From an uncultured Alphaproteobacteria bacterium (GTDB lineage Bacteria; Pseudomonadota; Alphaproteobacteria; JAJFIK01), in the NCBI GenBank assembly GCA_964522525.1, contig CAZFWG010000014.1, positions 2,492 to 59,920 of the forward strand: a stretch of 57,429 bases of DNA. Reading direction: 5' to 3'. This document shows, one piece after another, positions 9,259 through 19,130 of this stretch (positions are counted from its first letter, which is position 1; each line of letters starts with the position of its first letter). A program made the position numbers and the translations under genes. The notes beneath the pieces are model-generated. The model had not been told where the DNA came from. It searched no databases and worked only from the letters and a program-made list of their open reading frames with translations.

Positions 9259-10788
9259 TCACCGGTTCTGGTAGGCCCCATCATCGCCACGTGGATTGTA
9301 GGCGGGCTGACCACCCTGATTGCCGTTGGGATAGGCGGGCTGAGGCTCGGCCGGATAGGACGCATTGTCCTGATAGGTCTGGCCGGGGACCCCTTGCTCC
9401 GGTGCGCCGGGACCGTTGAACCCGGCCGGCGTGCCTTGCGGCGGATAGGGCTGGCCCAATCCGCCATCGGCGGTCGGCACGCCCTGATTAAGAGGATAGA
9501 CGGGCGGACGATTGCCATAGGTATCTTCAAGGGCGGCCGGCACGATGCCCCGCCGCGTGATTTCCCAATAGCCGTTCTCCCCCGACAGCATCAGCCCGCG
9601 CTGGTTCAAGTTGAGCGCAAGCTGCTCGATCGCACCGGCAAAGACGATGCGCAGCTCCGCACCCCGCGCCGACAGGGCCAGGGTCTCGGTGGTCACGATG
9701 GTGGGAATGTCGGCCAGGCGCCCGCGAATGTCGGTCCAATCCTGCACCGAGGCCAAGCGCACCGTGGCTTCCATCAGATAGCGCGTGCCGTAATCGACGA
9801 GGGTCTGGGATTTCCAGTCATCCGAGATGACCGAGAGGGCTTCCCGGACGGCGAGGTCATAGACCGTCTCCGTCGTGGCGGATTGGGGCCGGACGAGCGG
9901 GCCTTGCACCACCGTGCTGAAAGGCCGGCGATCGGCCCTCTCAATGCGGACCAGGGACAGTTGAAGACGGACATCCCCGCTTTCGGCCGGCACAGCGCCC
10001 GTGGGGGGCACCCCCACATCGGCGGGTCGCGAAGCGGTACCGGCGCCATAGCTGCTGCCCGGCGTGCCGCCTTGACCCAACGGGTCGTTTGAAAAGCTCA
10101 CATCCGAGGCGCCTTGGACCGCATGGGCCAGGAGCACGGCACTCGCCCCGTAGCGCTGGACCATGGTCTCCATGTAAAGCCAGTCGCCCCGCAGCGCGGT
10201 ATCGGCATCGATCGCGGAGATATCGGTCAGATCGCCCAGGGGCGCGATTACCGGCACCAGTTCGTTGCCCAGGGACTGGGCCGACCAGGCCTCAAACCAG
10301 GGGTTGGATTGTTCCCACAGCATCAGTTGGCCATCGGCCTCGAGAACCGGCAGGACCAGGATCGGCGGTGATTGGGTCTCGCTGAAGGGGATATTGGCGT
10401 CGAGCAGCACCTGGCGCACGCTCTCGGCGCGAAAATTATAGGTGATGCGGGCCAGATAACGATTCCGGCTGTTGCGTTCATCTTCAATGCGCAAGCCGGC
10501 GCCCATTTCGGTGATCGCCTGATCCCCCAGGATCGGCAGGCGCGGCCAGTCCTGGGGCCGGGTCAGGCGCCGCAGAACCGTGGTGAACGCCTCGCGGCGG
10601 CCTTGGGAGTGGGCGATTTCTCGGGCGTCGGCCGCATTGTCGGCCGTGGCGTCGACTTGCACGCCTTCCACCGCGAAAACATTCGCCTGGGCTTGGGTAA
10701 CGCCTGAAAACGCGCATAACGCGACCAGCAGGGCCCATTTCCAGACCCGCGGCGCCCCATCACGCCGGCCAGATGCCATCAGCCGCAT
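9259..10788 (-). CDS. DUF2066-like exported protein with low-complexity C-terminal tail
   Basis: Signal peptide; F.V.GV.VDATA.NA..AR..A, P.ILVLPV, LW...NPW..AW, P.GDL.DI; usual neighbour of hdaA and purM. Confidence 0.78.
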   Translation of the reverse strand: MRLMASGRRDGAPRVWKWALLVALCAFSGVTQAQANVFAVEGVQVDATADNAADAREIAHSQGRREAFTTVLRRLTRPQDWPRLPILGDQAITEMGAGLRIEDERNSRNRYLARITYNFRAESVRQVLLDANIPFSETQSPPILVLPVLEADGQLMLWEQSNPWFEAWSAQSLGNELVPVIAPLGDLTDISAIDADTALRGDWLYMETMVQRYGASAVLLAHAVQGASDVSFSNDPLGQGGTPGSSYGAGTASRPADVGVPPTGAVPAESGDVRLQLSLVRIERADRRPFSTVVQGPLVRPQSATTETVYDLAVREALSVISDDWKSQTLVDYGTRYLMEATVRLASVQDWTDIRGRLADIPTIVTTETLALSARGAELRIVFAGAIEQLALNLNQRGLMLSGENGYWEITRRGIVPAALEDTYGNRPPVYPLNQGVPTADGGLGQPYPPQGTPAGFNGPGAPEQGVPGQTYQDNASYPAEPQPAYPNGNQGGQPAYNPRGDDGAYQNR

Positions 10789-10938
10789 TCGTTTCTCTCC
10801 TTCTTGGCCATCTTCTTGGCCATCGGCCAGAACCCTAGCCCACAATACGAGCCCTTTGAATACGTCGCGGGCCCAGGCTATGCCTAGCCTCGATATGCCT
10901 CTCCAGGGTCAATGGACCCGCCGTCAAGGACTATTCCC

Positions 10939-12000
10939 ATGGCCGACCCCGATAAACCTGACCATCCTGGCGAAAAGGGGGACGTGCCCGAGGGTCTGAC
11001 CTATGCCCGGGCCGGCGTCAATATTGATGCCGGCAACGCGCTTGTCGACCGGATCGCGCCCGTCGCCCGCGCCACCGCGCGGCCGGGGGCGGATGCGGCC
11101 CTCGGCGGTTTCGGGGCCCTGTTCGATCTCAAGGCCGCCGGCTTCAACGATCCGCTTCTGGTTTCCGCCACCGACGGGGTCGGCACCAAATTGATGATCG
11201 CTTTCGAGACCGGGCGCCACGAGACGGTGGGCATCGACCTTGTCGCCATGTGCGTCAATGATCTGATCGTCCAGGGCGCCGAGCCCCTGTTCTTCCTCGA
11301 TTATTTCGCCACCGGTCAACTGGAGCCCAAAATCGCGGCCCGTGTCGTCACGGGCATTGCCGAAGGGTGCCGGCGCGCGGGCTGCGCGCTGATCGGCGGG
11401 GAGACGGCCGAGATGCCCGCCATGTACCGGCCCGGCCATTACGATCTTGCGGGTTTTGCCGTCGGCGCGGTGGAGCGCTCGGCTCTTCTGCCGCGCGGCG
11501 ATGTCCGCGCGGGCGATGTCCTGGTGGCGCTTGCCTCCAATGGTCTGCACTCCAACGGTTTTTCCCTGGTCCGCAAAGTCCTTGAACGCGCTGGCCTTTC
11601 CTATGACGACGCGGCGCCCTTCGACCCGGAGCGGTCCCTGGGCGAGGCACTGCTCGAGCCCACCCATATCTATGTGAGCGCGCTTCTGCCTGTGATCCGG
11701 GAGGGCCGCGTGAAGGCGCTTGCCCATATCACCGGCGGCGGCGTGCCTGAAAACCTGCCCCGGGTTCTGCCCCGAGGCCTAGGTACCAAGATCGAGCCCA
11801 CAAACGTCCCGCGCCCGGCGGTCTTTGACTGGCTCCAGGAGGCCGGCGGTATTCCGGACACGGAGATGGCCCGCACCTTCAATTGCGGCACCGGCATGAT
11901 CCTGGTGGTCGCGGAAGCGGATTTAAGCGCTATAATGGCAGCACCAACGCTTGCGCCCTACACGCCCCGTGTTCTCGGGCGCTTGAGCGAGAAAGGCTGA
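10939..12000 (+). CDS. purM: Phosphoribosylformylglycinamidine cyclo-ligase
   Basis: [55 protein letters not shown]. Confidence 0.96.
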   Translation: MADPDKPDHPGEKGDVPEGLTYARAGVNIDAGNALVDRIAPVARATARPGADAALGGFGALFDLKAAGFNDPLLVSATDGVGTKLMIAFETGRHETVGIDLVAMCVNDLIVQGAEPLFFLDYFATGQLEPKIAARVVTGIAEGCRRAGCALIGGETAEMPAMYRPGHYDLAGFAVGAVERSALLPRGDVRAGDVLVALASNGLHSNGFSLVRKVLERAGLSYDDAAPFDPERSLGEALLEPTHIYVSALLPVIREGRVKALAHITGGGVPENLPRVLPRGLGTKIEPTNVPRPAVFDWLQEAGGIPDTEMARTFNCGTGMILVVAEADLSAIMAAPTLAPYTPRVLGRLSEKG

Positions 12001-12061
12001 AGCTTCAGGACCCTCCGCGTCACCGCCCGTCATCGACGGCTCCGAATGAGGACATGGCCCC

Positions 12062-12697
12062 ATGCACACCCTGGCGATCCTGATCTCCGGCCGCGGATCA
12101 AACATGAAGGCCCTGATCGATGCCTGCAAGGACGATGATTTTCCGGCAAAGGTGGGGCTCGTCATCTCCAATGTCGCCGATGCGGCCGGACTGAAGATCG
12201 CCGAAGAGGCCGGGATCGATACCCGCGTCATCGAGCACAAAAACTCCCCCAGCCGGGAAGCCTTTGACGCCGTCATCGAGGACGCCCTGTTGGCGGCCAA
12301 TGTCGATACGGTCTGCTCCGCCGGGTTCAAACGTATCTTCAGCACCCAGTTCGCCGCCCGCTGGCAGGGCCGGATCCTGAACATCCACCCTTCCCTGCTG
12401 CCGGCCTTTCCCGGCCTCAATGTGCAGGCGGCGGCCTTGAATACGGGGGTCCGCATCGCGGGGTGCACGGTCCATTATGTGACGCCGCAGCTCGACGCGG
12501 GGCCCATCATCGGTCAGGCGGCGGTGCCCGTCTATTTGGACGATACGGTGGAGGGTCTGTCCGCGCGGATCCTGGCCGAGGAACACAAGCTTTATCCCGC
12601 ATGCGTCCGGCTGGTGGCGGAAGGAAAAGTACGGTTCGAGAAGGGCCGGGCCGCGTTCACGGACGCCAAGCCGCCCATGTGGCTCATCTCGTCTTGA
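12062..12697 (+). CDS. purN: Phosphoribosylglycinamide formyltransferase
   Basis: ISGRGSNM, LNIHPSLLPAF.G, GCTVH.V...LD.GPII.Q, EH.LYP. Confidence 0.96.
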   Translation: MHTLAILISGRGSNMKALIDACKDDDFPAKVGLVISNVADAAGLKIAEEAGIDTRVIEHKNSPSREAFDAVIEDALLAANVDTVCSAGFKRIFSTQFAARWQGRILNIHPSLLPAFPGLNVQAAALNTGVRIAGCTVHYVTPQLDAGPIIGQAAVPVYLDDTVEGLSARILAEEHKLYPACVRLVAEGKVRFEKGRAAFTDAKPPMWLISS

Positions 12698-12712
12698 GCC
12701 ACGCGGCAAGGC

Positions 12713-12738
12713 GGGCGGAATGATAAACCATTCCGCCC
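12713..12738. terminator. Hairpin between convergent purN and ndk
   Basis: Perfect 10-bp stem GGGCGGAATG-ataaac-CATTCCGCCC. Confidence 0.7.
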
Positions 12739-12747
12739 ACAGAAAGA

Positions 12748-13170
12748 TTAGCCGACGATTTCTTCGTCCTTGAAGAAGAACGTGATTTCCTGGGCGGCCG
12801 TTTCCGGGGAGTCAGAACCGTGCACGGAATTGCGCTCGATATTCTCGGCAAACTCCTTGCGGATCGTGCCCTCGGCTGCTTCGGCCGGATTGGTCGCGCC
12901 CATCACTTCGCGGTTCTTGGCGATGGCGCCTTCCCCTTGGAGCACCTGAACCACGACCGGACCGGACGTCATGAAGGTCACCAGGTCGTTATAGAAGGGA
13001 CGCTCCTTGTGGACCTCGTAGAATTTCTCGGCCTGTTCCTGGGACAGGCGAATGCGCTTTTGAGCCACCACCCGAAGGTCCGCATTCTCGAATTTCTTGA
13101 TGATAGCGCCGGTGATGTTCCGCTCGGTCGCGTCCGGCTTGATGATCGAAAGGGTGCGCTCAATGGCCAT
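12748..13170 (-). CDS. ndk: Nucleoside-diphosphate kinase
   Basis: [31 protein letters not shown]; 140 aa. Confidence 0.97.
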   Translation of the reverse strand: MAIERTLSIIKPDATERNITGAIIKKFENADLRVVAQKRIRLSQEQAEKFYEVHKERPFYNDLVTFMTSGPVVVQVLQGEGAIAKNREVMGATNPAEAAEGTIRKEFAENIERNSVHGSDSPETAAQEITFFFKDEEIVG

Positions 13171-13376
13171 CGGTCTTGTCCCACTGTTACATGAAGCCCT
13201 TGCCGACACGGCACGGACCTTGATTGGTTGGAATGCCGTGGCCTTATAGCGGGGGCCGGGCCCCTTGCCAAGCGAGGCGTCCCCAAGCGTTCGCCATGTT
13301 GCGGTCTTGACCAAGGATCAAGGGCTTGGCTGCATGGTGGGGCTGGTCTGATCCCGATCAATTGGAGAAGTGCGTT

Positions 13377-14135
13377 ATGTTGGGCGGTCTTGGGGATTTT
13401 GCGATCTCGATCCTTTCGGGCGTCGTGGTCGCGATCTTTGTCGACATGTTCTATCGCTTCTACAGGCGGACCGTTTCGGATCTGGGGCGCAACCAGGCCG
13501 AGACGACAGGCGAAACGCCGCCCACCCAAGCGCCTCCTCTCCCCGAGACGCCCCCGTCCCGCCCGGCCCTGCGTCTGCATGGACAACAACCCTGGTACCG
13601 GTTGGGCATGAATCTCTGGCGGGACCGGGATGTGGCCATCCGCCTACGGCGCAATGACATATCGGAAATCGAGAAGCTCAAATATCTGTCGGCCACGCTC
13701 CTGTTCTATACGTCCATGACAACCATCACGGCGCGGCGTCTCATCGGAGACGAGACGGGAACATTCGGCGCGTTGGCCTACGCCTATGACTCGTTCATGC
13801 TCATCCTGGCGGTGGTGTTAATCATCTATGCCTTCGTCCAAAATCGCAAAGGCGATGGCCTGAACTTCATAGAACGGTATATCTGCGTATCCTTTCCTTT
13901 GACCATCAAGCTGACGGTTTACATTATTATCGGCGTGACATTGGCCACGACCATCAGCTTCATGATCATCGATATGGATCCGGACGGTGTCGAAGGTCAC
14001 TGGAGCACGCATGTGATCCTCGTTTTGGCGCTCGTTGCGACCTATACCTATATGGCGCTGCGATACCGTTATCTGATGGCCATCGCGTCGGGCCGCCGCC
14101 CGGATCTGACGGACGACGCCCCGGACAGCGCATAG
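13377..14135 (+). CDS. Hypothetical membrane protein (N-terminal TM, Pro-rich linker, 4-TM C-terminal domain)
   Basis: GGAGAA RBS; hydrophobic segments; no family recognised. Confidence 0.7.
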   Translation: MLGGLGDFAISILSGVVVAIFVDMFYRFYRRTVSDLGRNQAETTGETPPTQAPPLPETPPSRPALRLHGQQPWYRLGMNLWRDRDVAIRLRRNDISEIEKLKYLSATLLFYTSMTTITARRLIGDETGTFGALAYAYDSFMLILAVVLIIYAFVQNRKGDGLNFIERYICVSFPLTIKLTVYIIIGVTLATTISFMIIDMDPDGVEGHWSTHVILVLALVATYTYMALRYRYLMAIASGRRPDLTDDAPDSA

Positions 14136-14141
14136 CGTTTC

Positions 14142-15929
14142 TCAGGCGGGACAGGCCCCGTCCAGGAAATACGCCCGGTAACCGGCGAGCTGGGGATACC
14201 AGGCGATCACCGCGTCCAGCACCTGGCACCGCTGGGCCTCGGTGGAGAGACGGTCATCCGCCGCAAGACGATCAAGGGCGTCTTCGACGGTCTCCAGGCT
14301 GTCGATCACCCGGGTGCCGCCATCGGCCGGCGTATCGAAAACCATCAAACGCCCCTCGCCGAACGGGGACCATTCCGGCAGGACGCCGTCCGTCCCCTGC
14401 CCCGGCACGCCGGTATGGGCAAAGCGGCCCCAATAGTCCCTCATCGCCTTGGACACGGTTTCCCGGCCGGCCGCGTTGCTTTCGGTGAAGAAGAACCGGT
14501 CGCCCTGACCGAAGAACCGGTAGCGGTTGAAGACAAAGGGGATCTCCAGGCCGTGGGCGGCGCCGAACAGCTTGGAGAAATCCGTGGTCAGAAACCGGCC
14601 CTGTTCGTCCCAATCAAAGCGATATCCGTAGACGGCTTCATGGCCCGCCGCGCGCATGCGGGACAAGGCATTGTCGACGGACTGAACCCGCCACATGAGG
14701 CTCTGATAGTCGGCAATCACGTCATAGAGAACCGGATCCTTGGCCCAGAAGAACACGAAGAACAGATTGTTCACATAGTCCGGGTTCAGAAAGTTGAAAA
14801 GCCGGGTCTCGTCGCGAGTGGTTCCGCTGATCACCGGTACCGCGTTGAACCCGCCCGGCGTGCCGGTGGCCTCGATCACGCCGTCCGCCGGCACCACCAC
14901 CGCATCATCGATGATCGTGGGCGCATAGAGAAGCCCCGCCTGGCCCTCCTGGTAAGGCGCAAAGACGGCGGCCACATCCTGATCCCGCAACAGGCCGGCA
15001 AGGTCCTCTTCCGAGAGATCATCCGGATCGGCGTCGGCGCCCTGGGCCTTTTGAACCATGGCCCGCACCATGGAGCGGGCGGCATTGGGATGATCCCCGG
15101 ACAGACCTTCTGCCTCGCTCAAGGGCACGGAAGCGAAGCTGCCGCTTTGCAGGATCGCCCGGTGAAAGAGACCGGCGGCCTGGGGCGAAGCCATGAGGGA
15201 GGCCACATTGCGCCCTCCGGCACTCTCCCCGAACACCGTGACCCGGCGCGGGTCACCGCCAAACGCCTCGATATTGTCGCGCACCCATTCGAGGGCCGCG
15301 ATCATGTCCAGGGTGCCGAAATTGGCGCTGCGGTCCTCGCGGGTCTCAGCCGTGGCGCGCAGGGCTTCATGGGCGAACCATCCAAGCGGCCCGAGGCGAT
15401 ACTGGATGGTCACCACCAGGACATTCTGATCGACGGCCAGGTTCCCGCCGTCATATTGGCCGGCGCGGCCCCAGACATTGCCCCCGCCATGGATCCAGAC
15501 CATGACCGGAAGAGGCGCCGCGGCCGCCGCGCCCTTCGGCGCGTAGATGTCCAGGGTGAGACAATCCTCCGAGCCCATGAGCGTACCCGGCGCCAGGCCC
15601 TCTCCCTGGTCGAGGGCATTGGTGATCTGGGGACAGCGGGGCCCGAACTGGAGCGCCTCGCGGGTGCCTTCCCACGCCACCGCCGGCCGGGGCGCGCGCC
15701 AGCGCAAATCACCCACCGGGGCTTCGGCAAAGGGGATGCCCTTCCAGACTTGGGCGCCGGAGCGAGAGGTGTAGCCCACCACGTCGCCGCTCTCGGTCGT
15801 TCTGAGGGTTCCGGGATCGGCGCTGGCGACTTCGTCCGGCTCCGGCTGCCCGGAAGGTCCGCCAAGCAGATAGGCGCCGCCCACGAGAAGGACACCCACA
15901 ACAATAAGGACAAGGATTATTCTCAACAT
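14142..15929 (-). CDS. Type-B carboxylesterase/lipase, membrane-anchored or exported
   Basis: GIPFA..PVG.LRWRAP, SEDCL.L, WIHGGG, FGESAG nucleophile elbow, GAAH..E. Confidence 0.93.
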   Translation of the reverse strand: MLRIILVLIVVGVLLVGGAYLLGGPSGQPEPDEVASADPGTLRTTESGDVVGYTSRSGAQVWKGIPFAEAPVGDLRWRAPRPAVAWEGTREALQFGPRCPQITNALDQGEGLAPGTLMGSEDCLTLDIYAPKGAAAAAPLPVMVWIHGGGNVWGRAGQYDGGNLAVDQNVLVVTIQYRLGPLGWFAHEALRATAETREDRSANFGTLDMIAALEWVRDNIEAFGGDPRRVTVFGESAGGRNVASLMASPQAAGLFHRAILQSGSFASVPLSEAEGLSGDHPNAARSMVRAMVQKAQGADADPDDLSEEDLAGLLRDQDVAAVFAPYQEGQAGLLYAPTIIDDAVVVPADGVIEATGTPGGFNAVPVISGTTRDETRLFNFLNPDYVNNLFFVFFWAKDPVLYDVIADYQSLMWRVQSVDNALSRMRAAGHEAVYGYRFDWDEQGRFLTTDFSKLFGAAHGLEIPFVFNRYRFFGQGDRFFFTESNAAGRETVSKAMRDYWGRFAHTGVPGQGTDGVLPEWSPFGEGRLMVFDTPADGGTRVIDSLETVEDALDRLAADDRLSTEAQRCQVLDAVIAWYPQLAGYRAYFLDGACPA

Positions 15930-16157
15930 GCCTGTAACCTCTCCCTCCGGCGCATCGCGACTCCCGCCTCCCCTGCAAATTCAAGGCGGTTTGGAAGCAA
16001 GGCTTTATCCTTCAATCGCGCTTTGTCCCCTGCGTGGCGCGTGCTCCGGCCGTGTCGATTTCTTGCCATCGGACCCACGCTGCGTTTAGCTTCGGCCCGC
16101 ACTCTCACCCTACCATGAAAGCGCTTGGGCCCGCGGGCCGCAAGTATCGGTTTCCCC

Positions 16158-18053
16158 ATGCTACACATCAACGACCTCACCTATCGCATCGAAGGCCGGT
16201 TGATCCTGGAAGGCGCCACGGCGGCCATCCCGGCGGGTCACAAGGTGGGTCTCGTGGGCCGCAACGGGGCGGGGAAATCCACACTCCTGCGCCTGATCAT
16301 GGGTGAGGTCGGCCCCGAACAGGGGGGCATCAGCCTGCCGCGCAATGCGCGGATCGGCGCGGTTGCCCAGGAAGCGCCGGGAGGGTCCACAAGTCTGCTC
16401 GACACCGTGCTTGCCGCCGATACGGAACGCAGCCGCCTTCTTGCCACGGCCGAGACGGAAACCGATCCCCATCAGATCGCCGAGATCCAGACGCGCCTCG
16501 CCGACATCGACGCCCATAGCGCGCCGGCGCGGGCCGCCTCGATCCTGGCAGGGCTCGGTTTCGACGAGGAGGCACAAGCTAAGCCGTGTTCGGATTTTTC
16601 CGGCGGCTGGCGCATGCGGGTGGCGCTCGCCGCCGTCCTGTTCGCCGCGCCCGACCTGCTGCTCCTCGATGAGCCCACAAACTATCTGGATCTCGAAGGC
16701 GTCATCTGGCTCGAGACCTATTTGCGCACCTATCCCTACACGGTTTTGTTGGTCAGCCACGACCGGGATCTGCTCAATCGCGCCGTGGGCGGCATTCTTC
16801 ATCTGGAGCGCGGCCGCCTCACCCTTTATTCGGGGACCTATGACCAGTTCGAAGCCCAGCGCCGGGCCCGCTTCGAGCAGCAACTGGCCCTGAAGAAGAA
16901 GCAGGAAGCTCAGCGCCGGCATATCGAGGCCTTTGTCGAACGTTTCCGCTACAAGGATTCCAAGGCCCGCCAGGCCCAGAGCCGCCTGAAGATCCTGGCC
17001 AAGATGCAGCCCATTGCCGCCATGGTGGAAGACCGCCTGCCCCCCTTCACCTTTCCGGACCCGGAGCCCCTGAGCCCGCCGATCATCACCATGGAAGACG
17101 CCCAGGTCGGATACGAGGCGGAAAAGCCGATCCTCCGGCGGCTGACCTTGCGCATCGACAATGATGACCGCATTGCCCTTCTTGGCGCCAATGGCAACGG
17201 CAAATCCACGTTCGCCAAGCTGATTGCCGGGCGGCTCAAAATCATGGCCGGACGCCTGCGCCGCTCGCCGCCCCTGCAGGTCGGCTATTTTGCCCAGCAC
17301 CAGCTCGACGAGTTGAACCCGGCCGAAAGCTCCTATCAGCTCTATGAGCGCCTGCTGCCTGATGCGACGGAAGCCCAGCGCCGGGCCAAACTCGGCGCGC
17401 TCGGCTTCACGGGCGAGAAGGCCGACACCAAGATCGGGGACCTCTCGGGCGGGGAAAAGGCGCGCATCATGTTGGCGCTCGCCACCTGGAGCAAGCCCCA
17501 TCTGCTGATCCTCGATGAGCCCACGAACCATCTGGATGTGGACAGTCGCGAGGCCCTGATCCACGCCCTGAACAGCTATCAGGGAGCGGTCATTCTCATC
17601 AGCCACGACCGGCATCTGGTGGAGGCCTGTGTCGATCGACTATGGCTTGTGGCGGATGGCACGGTGACGCCGTATGAGGATGATCTCGATGCCTATCGCG
17701 CCTGGCTCCTGTCCCAGAAGAACGGCAAGGCTTCCGGGGAAAAGCAGAACGGGGCCCTTGACGATCCCAAGGCCACGCGGGTCACCGAACGCCGGGCGGC
17801 GGCGGAACGGCGGGCGGAAATCGCGCCTTTGAAGCGGGAGGCGGAAAAATGGGAAAAGGCCGTGTCGGACCTGACCGCCAAGCTCGAACGGGCCGAGGCC
17901 AAGCTTGGCGATCCCACGATCTACACGAACCACCCCGAGAAGGCCGCGGAACTGGGAAAACTCCGAGGGCAGATCGAAAAGAAAATCCGCGAGGCGGAGG
18001 AAAACTGGATGGCCGCGCTGGAAGCCTATGAGGCGGCGCGGGAAGAGGCTTGA
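16158..18053 (+). CDS. ABC-F family ATPase (YheS/Uup-like, ribosome-associated)
   Basis: Two ABC domains (GRNGAGKST, FSGGWRMR, LLDEPTN; GANGNGKST, LSGGEKAR), no TM segments, C-terminal coiled coil. Confidence 0.93.
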   Translation: MLHINDLTYRIEGRLILEGATAAIPAGHKVGLVGRNGAGKSTLLRLIMGEVGPEQGGISLPRNARIGAVAQEAPGGSTSLLDTVLAADTERSRLLATAETETDPHQIAEIQTRLADIDAHSAPARAASILAGLGFDEEAQAKPCSDFSGGWRMRVALAAVLFAAPDLLLLDEPTNYLDLEGVIWLETYLRTYPYTVLLVSHDRDLLNRAVGGILHLERGRLTLYSGTYDQFEAQRRARFEQQLALKKKQEAQRRHIEAFVERFRYKDSKARQAQSRLKILAKMQPIAAMVEDRLPPFTFPDPEPLSPPIITMEDAQVGYEAEKPILRRLTLRIDNDDRIALLGANGNGKSTFAKLIAGRLKIMAGRLRRSPPLQVGYFAQHQLDELNPAESSYQLYERLLPDATEAQRRAKLGALGFTGEKADTKIGDLSGGEKARIMLALATWSKPHLLILDEPTNHLDVDSREALIHALNSYQGAVILISHDRHLVEACVDRLWLVADGTVTPYEDDLDAYRAWLLSQKNGKASGEKQNGALDDPKATRVTERRAAAERRAEIAPLKREAEKWEKAVSDLTAKLERAEAKLGDPTIYTNHPEKAAELGKLRGQIEKKIREAEENWMAALEAYEAAREEA

Positions 18054-18186
18054 GGATTGGAGGACGCCAGAGCGTGGGGCGCGTTACGAAGGTTTAAGGG
18101 CTTTGCGACATGCGCGCCGACCCGTTTCAGAATTCAGATCGTATTCTTGTTCCCGGCGACATGAGAGCCCATGAGGAGGAAGTGGA

Positions 18187-18585
18187 ATGACTGAACGTGC
18201 CGGCATGGTGCCCTATTTCGGCTACGAAGACCCCAACGCCGCCCTCGATTTCCTGGAACGCGCTTTCGGCTTTGAGACCTCCGCGCGCTATGACGGCGAT
18301 GACGGCACGGTTATGCATGCGGAAATGCAATTTGGCGGTGGTGTCATCATGCTCGGTAAGGGCACGGATCAGCAGCGCACCACCACCAGGGACCTGCCGC
18401 CCGCGACCCGCGGTGTCTACTGTGTCGTCGATGACGTGGACAGCCATTTTGCCAAGGCGAAAGAAGCCGGAGCGACGGTCGTTTACGGACCCGAAGATAC
18501 GGAATTCGGGACGCGCCGATACCGGGTGATGGACCCGGAGGGCTATGAATGGTCCTTCGGCACCTACAAGCCGCAAGTGAAGTGA
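18187..18585 (+). CDS. VOC/glyoxalase-bleomycin resistance family protein
   Basis: Y.D..AALDFL.RAFGF, HAEM.FG.G.IMLG, VDDVD.H..A..AGA, DPEG..W.FG; GAGGAGG RBS. Confidence 0.9.
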   Translation: MTERAGMVPYFGYEDPNAALDFLERAFGFETSARYDGDDGTVMHAEMQFGGGVIMLGKGTDQQRTTTRDLPPATRGVYCVVDDVDSHFAKAKEAGATVVYGPEDTEFGTRRYRVMDPEGYEWSFGTYKPQVK

Positions 18586-18622
18586 CCATCCGTGTCGGGA
18601 TGGCCTGTACGGCGCAGAAAGG

Positions 18623-19102
18623 TCAGGCTTTCTTCTCCCATTTGCCCGATGGCGACTGCTTCCAATAGGCAAGGCCGGCCTCGGTCGCCTTGACGTTCTT
18701 CCAGAGCGTCCGGGCCTCCGAGACTGCCTCCCCGTCCCGGCCGTCAAAGAGCAGAATGATCCGCTCATAGGCGCCCTCTCCTTCAACGGCCAGATCGGAT
18801 CCACCCAGTTCCGGTGACGCGGCGCGATCCACCAGGAACAGGACTTCTGCCCTGTTCGGATTGCCCAATTGATCCGTCAGGAGAACGGGTTGCTCGGCCG
18901 CATCCGGACGACCGGCCGTGCCATGGGGCAGGAAACTGTCGTCCCGGAAGGTCCAGAGGTGACTGTCAAGGGCCTGGAGCCGCTCCTGGCTCCCGGTCCG
19001 CACCAAGGCCCGCCAGCCCCGGTCGAGGGTCTTGGTCAGGAGATCGGGCAGCACGGCATCAAGGGGCGAGCGTTCCAGATGGTAGAACCAGACCTCGGTC
19101 AT
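18623..19102 (-). CDS. holC: DNA polymerase III chi subunit
   Basis: V.FYHL, LD..LWTF..DSFLPHG, QPVLL, R..WK; follows pepA. Confidence 0.93.
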   Translation of the reverse strand: MTEVWFYHLERSPLDAVLPDLLTKTLDRGWRALVRTGSQERLQALDSHLWTFRDDSFLPHGTAGRPDAAEQPVLLTDQLGNPNRAEVLFLVDRAASPELGGSDLAVEGEGAYERIILLFDGRDGEAVSEARTLWKNVKATEAGLAYWKQSPSGKWEKKA

Positions 19103-19130
19103 GTCGTCGGGTCCCCCGTCCCTTCAGCCT

